This document shows, in pieces, positions 54,100 to 64,000 of a DNA stretch of 64,000 nucleotides. A program made the translations under genes and the position numbers. The stretch comes from the human T2T-CHM13v2.0 reference genome, Homo sapiens. The notes under the pieces were generated by a model, which worked only from the letters and a program-made list of their open reading frames with translations, was not told the origin of the DNA and ran no database searches. Within the stretch, counting starts at the first letter, position 1. Each line of letters opens with the position of its first letter. The stretch lies in the NCBI RefSeq assembly GCF_009914755.1, contig NC_060936.1, one strand, 5' to 3'.

Positions 54100-54852
54100 T
54101 AGTAGAGACGGGGTTTCACCATGTTCGCCAGGATGGTCTCGATCTCCTGACCTCGTGATCCACCTGCCTCGGCCTCCCAAAGTGCTGGGATTACAGGCGT
54201 GAGCCACCGCGCCCGGCCCCTTCATTCTTTCTTCCACAGCGCTAGGGAGGAATTGCTGGTGTTGGAGACACCTTGCTACTTGGGTGAGAGAAGGAGGAGT
54301 AATTAACAAGAGAGAAACCCCTGTCTGAAAATCACAAAGCATTCGACACATATGCGGAATCCATATTACTGAGAATATTAGCAGAGTGGCGTAGAAACTT
54401 GAGTCATTCGCTGTGGCTCATGCCTTAATCTCAACACTTCAGGAGGCTGACGCAGGAGGATTGCTTGAGCCCAGGAATTTGAGACTAGCTTGGGCATCAT
54501 AGTGAGACCCTGTCTCTACAAAAAGTAAACAAAAGTAGCTGGACACAGTGGTTCATGCCTGTAGTGGCAGGTACTCGGGAGGCTGAGGTGGGAGGACCAC
54601 TTGAGCCCGGGATGTTGAGGCTGCAGTGAGCCAAGATCTCACCACAGAGTGGTGCCTGTGACAGAGTGGGACCATGGTGACAGAGTAAGATCATGTCTCA
54701 AAAAAAAAGGCACAACAAATCTCAAGTTATTTTAGGTTTCACTGGAGGTTTGTGATAGTCTCAGGCAGAAAGCTCAGCAACGGGGCTTGTCTTTCCCAGG
54801 AATGTATTGGCAGCTTTCCTTGTGATAGGTGTATCCATTTTCTCCACACTGA

Positions 54853-55251
<399 letters not shown>

Positions 55252-55611
55252 TAGGATTACGGGCGTAAGCCACCCTGCCTGGCCTATTTTACTTTTATAA
55301 AATAAAAAAGTCAGGCCGAGATGGGCGGATCACGAGGTCAGGAGACCGAGACCATCCTGGCTAACACGGTGAAACCCTGTCTCTACTAAAAATACAAAAA
55401 AAATTAGCCGGGTGTAGTGGCGGGCGCCTGTAGTCCCAGCTACTCGGGAGGCTGAGGCAGGAGAATGGCGTGAACCCGGGGACAGAGCTTGCAGTGAGCC
55501 GAGATCGCGCCACTGCACTCCAGCCTGGGCAACAGAGCAAGACTCGGTCTCAAAAAAAATAAATAAAAATAAATAAATAAATAATAAATAATAAAAAAAT
55601 AAAATAAATAA

Positions 55612-56258
<647 letters not shown>

Positions 56259-56323
56259 TGATCACAGCTCACTGCAGCCTTGAACTCCTGGGCTTAAGTG
56301 ATCCTCCCACCTCAGCCTCCTGA

Positions 56324-56608
<285 letters not shown>

Positions 56609-57522
56609 TGATCCGCCTGCCTTGGCCTCCCAAAGTGCTGGGATTACAGGCATGAGCCACCGCACCCTGCCTTTCTGTCTTTCTTTTTTTTTTTTTAAGA
56701 GACAAGGCCTCGTTCTGTCGCCCTGGCTGGTCTCAAAATCCTGGCCTCAAGTAATCCTCCCACTTTGGCCTCCCAAAGTGCTAGGATTACAGGAATAAGC
56801 CACTGTGCCCCGCCAGGAATGTTGTAATAATCAAAACGAAGCTCCTGGGCAAGGGCCTAGAAGTCCACAAATCACAGAGTGACAACATCTAGTGGTTAAA
56901 TACTGAGATGAAATATTAGGCCTGCCATACATAAAAGAGGGTATGCCCATCCAATAGAATAGTATTCAGCCATAACAAAGAATGAAAAATAAAATAGCTC
57001 GTAAATAAATTGTTGCATATATTGGCAAATGATTTTCAATAAGGGAGCCAAGACCATTCAATGGGGCAAGGACAGTCTTTTCAACCAATGGAGTTCACCA
57101 TATACAAAAAATTAACTCAAAGTGCATCTAAGGGCCATCACAGTGGCCAGGAGTTGGAGAACAGTCTGGGCAATACAGTGAGAACAATCTCTACAAAAAG
57201 TAAAAATGGAGCCAGGTGCCGTGGCTCACGCCTGTAATCCCAACACTTTGGGAGATGGAGGTGGGCAGATCACTTGAGGTCAGGAGTTCGAGACCAGCCT
57301 GGCCAACCTGGTGATGGAGAATGGAGAGTTGTCGTTTAATGGGGATAGAGTTTCAGTTTTGCAAGATCAGAAAGTTCTGGAGATTGGCTGCACGTGAGCC
57401 ACTGTGCCCGGTCAAGAGATGTTAATTTTGAGGGGCCTGGTGGCTCATGCCTGTAATCCCACAGCACATTGGGAGGCTTACGCCTGATGATTATTTGAGG
57501 CCAGGAGTTCCAGACCAGCCTA

Positions 57523-58438
<916 letters not shown>

Positions 58439-58439
58439 T

Positions 58440-58572
58440 CACCAGTTTATGATAAAGGATGTTTCAGAGGATACAGATGAAAGTGAAGAATGGGGGGAGG
58501 GGGCAGAGCTCCCACGCCCTCCCTGGGGCAGTGCCCTCCAGGAACCTCCAGTGTTCAGCTGTACTGAAGCTC
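58440..58572. mobile_element. MER21-family LTR fragment
   Basis: accagtttatgataaaggat...ggatacagatgaa...ccctccaggaacctcca...gttcagct...gaagctc resembles MER21 consensus as recalled. Confidence 0.55.
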
Positions 58573-58773
58573 GAAAAATGTGCTGTATCTTGCTCTTGGT
58601 GGAGGTCACGTGAGTATACACGAAGGTAAAAAGTTGAGGTTGGGCAGGGTAGCTCCCGCCTGTAATCCCAGCATTTTGGGAAGTTGAGGTGGGAGGATCG
58701 TTTCAGCCCAGGAGTTCAAGACCAGCTTGGGCAACATAGTGAGATCTTGTCTGTATAAATAATTAAACAATTA

Positions 58774-58908
<135 letters not shown>

Positions 58909-59099
58909 CTATCTCTAAACAAATAGCAGGGCGCAGTGGCTCACACCTGTAATCCCAGCACTTTGGGAGGCCGAGGCGGGCGGATCACAAGGTCAGGAGA
59001 TCGAGACCATCCTGGCTAACACGGTGAAACCCCGTCTCCGCTAAAAACACAAAAAATTAGCCGGGCGTGGCGGCGGGCGCCTGTAGTCCCAGCTATTCA

Positions 59100-59201
<102 letters not shown>

Positions 59202-59904
59202 TCAAAAATAAACAAACAAACAAACAAACAAATTATAAATAAATAACAAAAAGCTGTGGAACCATTCACTTATCTGTGCATTTCCTTTAGGTAAATTTCG
59301 TCTCAATAAAGTGCTGGGGAGAAAGCAATGAAGCACTGACATACGCTACACCAAGGATGAACCTCGAAAACATCATGCTGAGTGAAAGAAGCCAGACACA
59401 AAAGGCCGCACAGTGTATGATTCTATTTACATGTAATGTCCAGAATAGGTAAATCCATAGAGACAGAGTAGATTCGTCCCCAGTCTAGCCTCATTCTAGG
59501 GCTGGGAAAAATGGGAAGTGACTACCTCTGTGTATGGGGTTTCTTTTGGGGGGGGATCACAATGTACTAAAATTAGATTGTGGTGATGGTTGCACAACTC
59601 TGAATATACTAAAAACCACTGAACTGTATATTTTAAACAGGTTGATTTTATATGTACATAATGCTCAATTCTGTTGAGTAGAATTAGCCTTCCTAGAACA
59701 ATGCCATCAGGAAGAATTAAAAGTGAGTTTCAGCTGGGCACAGTGGCTCATGCCTGTAATCCCAGCACGTCGGGAGGCCGAGGCGGGTGGATCATGAGGT
59801 CAGGAGTTTGAGACCAGCTGGGCCAACATGGTGAAACCCCGTCTCTACTAAAGACACAAAAAATTAGCTGGGTGTGGTGGCCAGTGCGCTTATAATCCCA
59901 GCTA

Positions 59905-60000
<96 letters not shown>

Positions 60001-60481
60001 CTAGACTCTGTCTCAAAAAAAAAAAGTTTCTTCTAACTTTCTTTCTTTTTTTTTGAGACGGAGTCTCGCTCTGTTGCCCAGGCTGGAGTGCAATGGCGCG
60101 CGATCTCAGCTCACTGCAAGCTCCGCCTCCCGGGTTCACGCCATTCTCCTGCCTCAGCCTCCTGAAGAGCTGGGACTACAGGTGCCTGCCACCACGCCCG
60201 GCTAATTTTTTTGTGTTTTTAGTAGAGACGGGGTTTCACTGTGTTAGCTAGGATGGTCTCGATCTCCTGACCTCGTGATCCGCCCGCCTCGGCCTCCCAA
60301 AGTGCTGGGATTACAGGCGTGAGCCACCGTGCCCGGCCTCTTTTAACTTTCACTGCCCCCACTTATCACTGCTGGAATTGTCCATGTCAAAAGTTCCTTT
60401 TGGGCCCAGCGCAGTGGCTCATGCCTGTAATCCCAGCATTTTGGGAGGCTGAAGCGGGCGGATCATGAGCTCAGGAGTTCA

Positions 60482-60792
<311 letters not shown>

Positions 60793-61616
60793 TTAGGCAA
60801 CATGGGGAAATCCCATCTCTACAAACAAACAAACAAAAAAACCCCCCGAAAATTAGCCAGGCGTGGTGACACACACCTGTAGACCTAGCTACTTGGGAGG
60901 CTGAAACCAGAGGATCTCTTGAGGCAGGGAAGTCAAGGCTGCAGTAAGCCTTGATTGCACCACTGCACTCCAGCCTAGGCAACAGATTAAGACCCTGTCT
61001 CAAAACAAAACAAAACAAACAAAAAGCAATCTGTTCATTCATGAATGATTAATGTATTGAGCATCTACTATGTGTAAAGGCTGAAATGTCCTACAAGGCT
61101 GTAGAGTTAAGCGGTCTTTGCTTTGAACCTCCCAATTGCTACATACTTGCTGATTCACAAGCTTGATCAAATTTCCTAATCTCTCCAAACCTCGTTTCCT
61201 CACTGTACACTGGGAAAAAGAAAAATATCTGTTTCCCAAGACTGATATAAGGATTGTATAATATAATGCATAAAAGTGTCTAGGATACTATAAGCATCAA
61301 TGGATGTCGGCTACTATTACAAAGTGTTAAGAAACTTAACTCTTAGATCCCTCATAGAATTGGACAATCTGTTGCTAGGTAACGATGGCCCTTCTCTCTC
61401 CACTGGGAAATTATGAAAACAATTACAAGTTATAGCAGAGGTTCTTTTTTTATTTCCCCCAGAGACAGGATCTTGCTCGGTCACTCAGGCTGGAGTGCAG
61501 TGACATGAACATAGCTCACTGCAGCCTTGAGCTCAGGGTTCAGGAGCTCCTCCTGCCTCAGACTCCTGAGGAGCTAGGACTACAAGTGCCTGCCACCACG
61601 CCTGGCTAATATTTCA

Positions 61617-62254
<638 letters not shown>

Positions 62255-63161
62255 AGTGATAGCAGAGTGTTCAAGAGGCTGACCACGCCTGGCTAATTTT
62301 TTTGTATATTTAGTAGAGATGAGATTTCACCATGTTGGCCAGACTGGTCTTAAACTCCCGACCTCAGGTGATCCGCTCGCCTCGGCCTCCCAAAGTGCTG
62401 GGATTACAGACGTGAGCCACCGCGCCTGGCACCAAGCAGAATCAGTCTTAAGGTCTTTTGCATGTCGTGGTGCCCTTTCTTGATTTCCCAAGCAGTACAC
62501 TCAGGATGGCTTCCTTCCTGTTCGCTATGTTATTTTCAGGTCTTGTTATTCTTAAATCATTCGTGGAAACAACAAGGATTTTGGACATTTCCCAGCCTAG
62601 TTTAAATGCCTGCGATGCTAGGTCAATGATTTTATCTCAAGCAGTTTAGGGGAAGGAATCTAGCTGCAGGAAGGGTGGTGCCCGGGGCACTGTTTTGAGT
62701 CTGTGTTTGCATAAGACAACAGTAAAAAAAAAAAACAACTTTGATTTGTTTATTCAGAGTGATGGGTGGGAGGGCATTATAACTAAAGTTCTCCACTCTC
62801 CCCTCCAAGTCAGCCCTTGCTCCACCACTGGAATGCAACAACCCCCTCCTTAAAAGCAGTTAAGGGAATGAAATGAGCTTGGCCCAGGGCCTGGCAGTGA
62901 ATGCTAAATGTTCCTTTGAGATTCTATTAGTGTGAAACTTCTGTAGAAATATCGGCCTTCCCTAGTGCCCTCCAGATCTCTTGCTTGGTTTGTAAAATGT
63001 TTTATAATAAATGTTTAGGTATATAGACTTAGCAGTCCTGGAGATGCACGTATCTGATTACCTTTCAAGAGGCTAACAGGGGCCTAACACGGTGGCTCAA
63101 GCCTGTAATCCCAGCACTTTTGTAGGCCAAGGCAGGAGGATTGCTTGAGCCCAGGAGTTCA

Positions 63162-63908
<747 letters not shown>

Positions 63909-64000
63909 TAGAGACGGGGTTACTCCATGTTGGTCAGGCTGGTCTTGAACTCCTGACCTCAAATGATCTGCCTGTCTCAGCCTCCCAAAGTGCTGGGATT

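Noticed and set aside
62440-62650. Unique stretch with open frames on both strands; possible further COPS5 piece
   Set aside because: Translations show no similarity to CSN5 or any protein I recognise.

Overview
Human (primate) genomic DNA, extremely Alu-dense, recognisable as the KMT5A-RILPL2 locus (12q24.31 from memory). It contains the complete KMT5A/SETD8/PR-Set7 H4K20 monomethyltransferase gene on + (8 coding exons, 713..24272; 1059 nt = 352 aa, all GT-AG and phase-consistent; 3'UTR to ~25.9 kb). The complete RILPL2 gene lies convergently on - (4 coding exons, 52995..32461; 636 nt = 211 aa). Between the two 3' ends is a solo LTR12/ERV9 LTR nested in an AluY nested in an older Alu. There is also a processed COPS5 pseudogene fragment, a 33-nt U2 snRNA retro-fragment with TSD, and MIR/L2/L1M/MER5/MLT1/MER21 remnants. 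Nearly all other ORFs in the track are Alu-derived or GC-rich shadows. I see no wholly new gene system. The most interesting signals are: a candidate dual-frame alternative first exon of KMT5A; an antisense-pointing LTR12 promoter; alternative polyadenylation that would gate a miRNA-site cluster; inverted Alus clamping RILPL2 exon 2; and a 64-bp Alu segment with shared non-consensus variants at two sites 20 kb apart. Gene, repeat and miRNA identities come from recall, not database searches.
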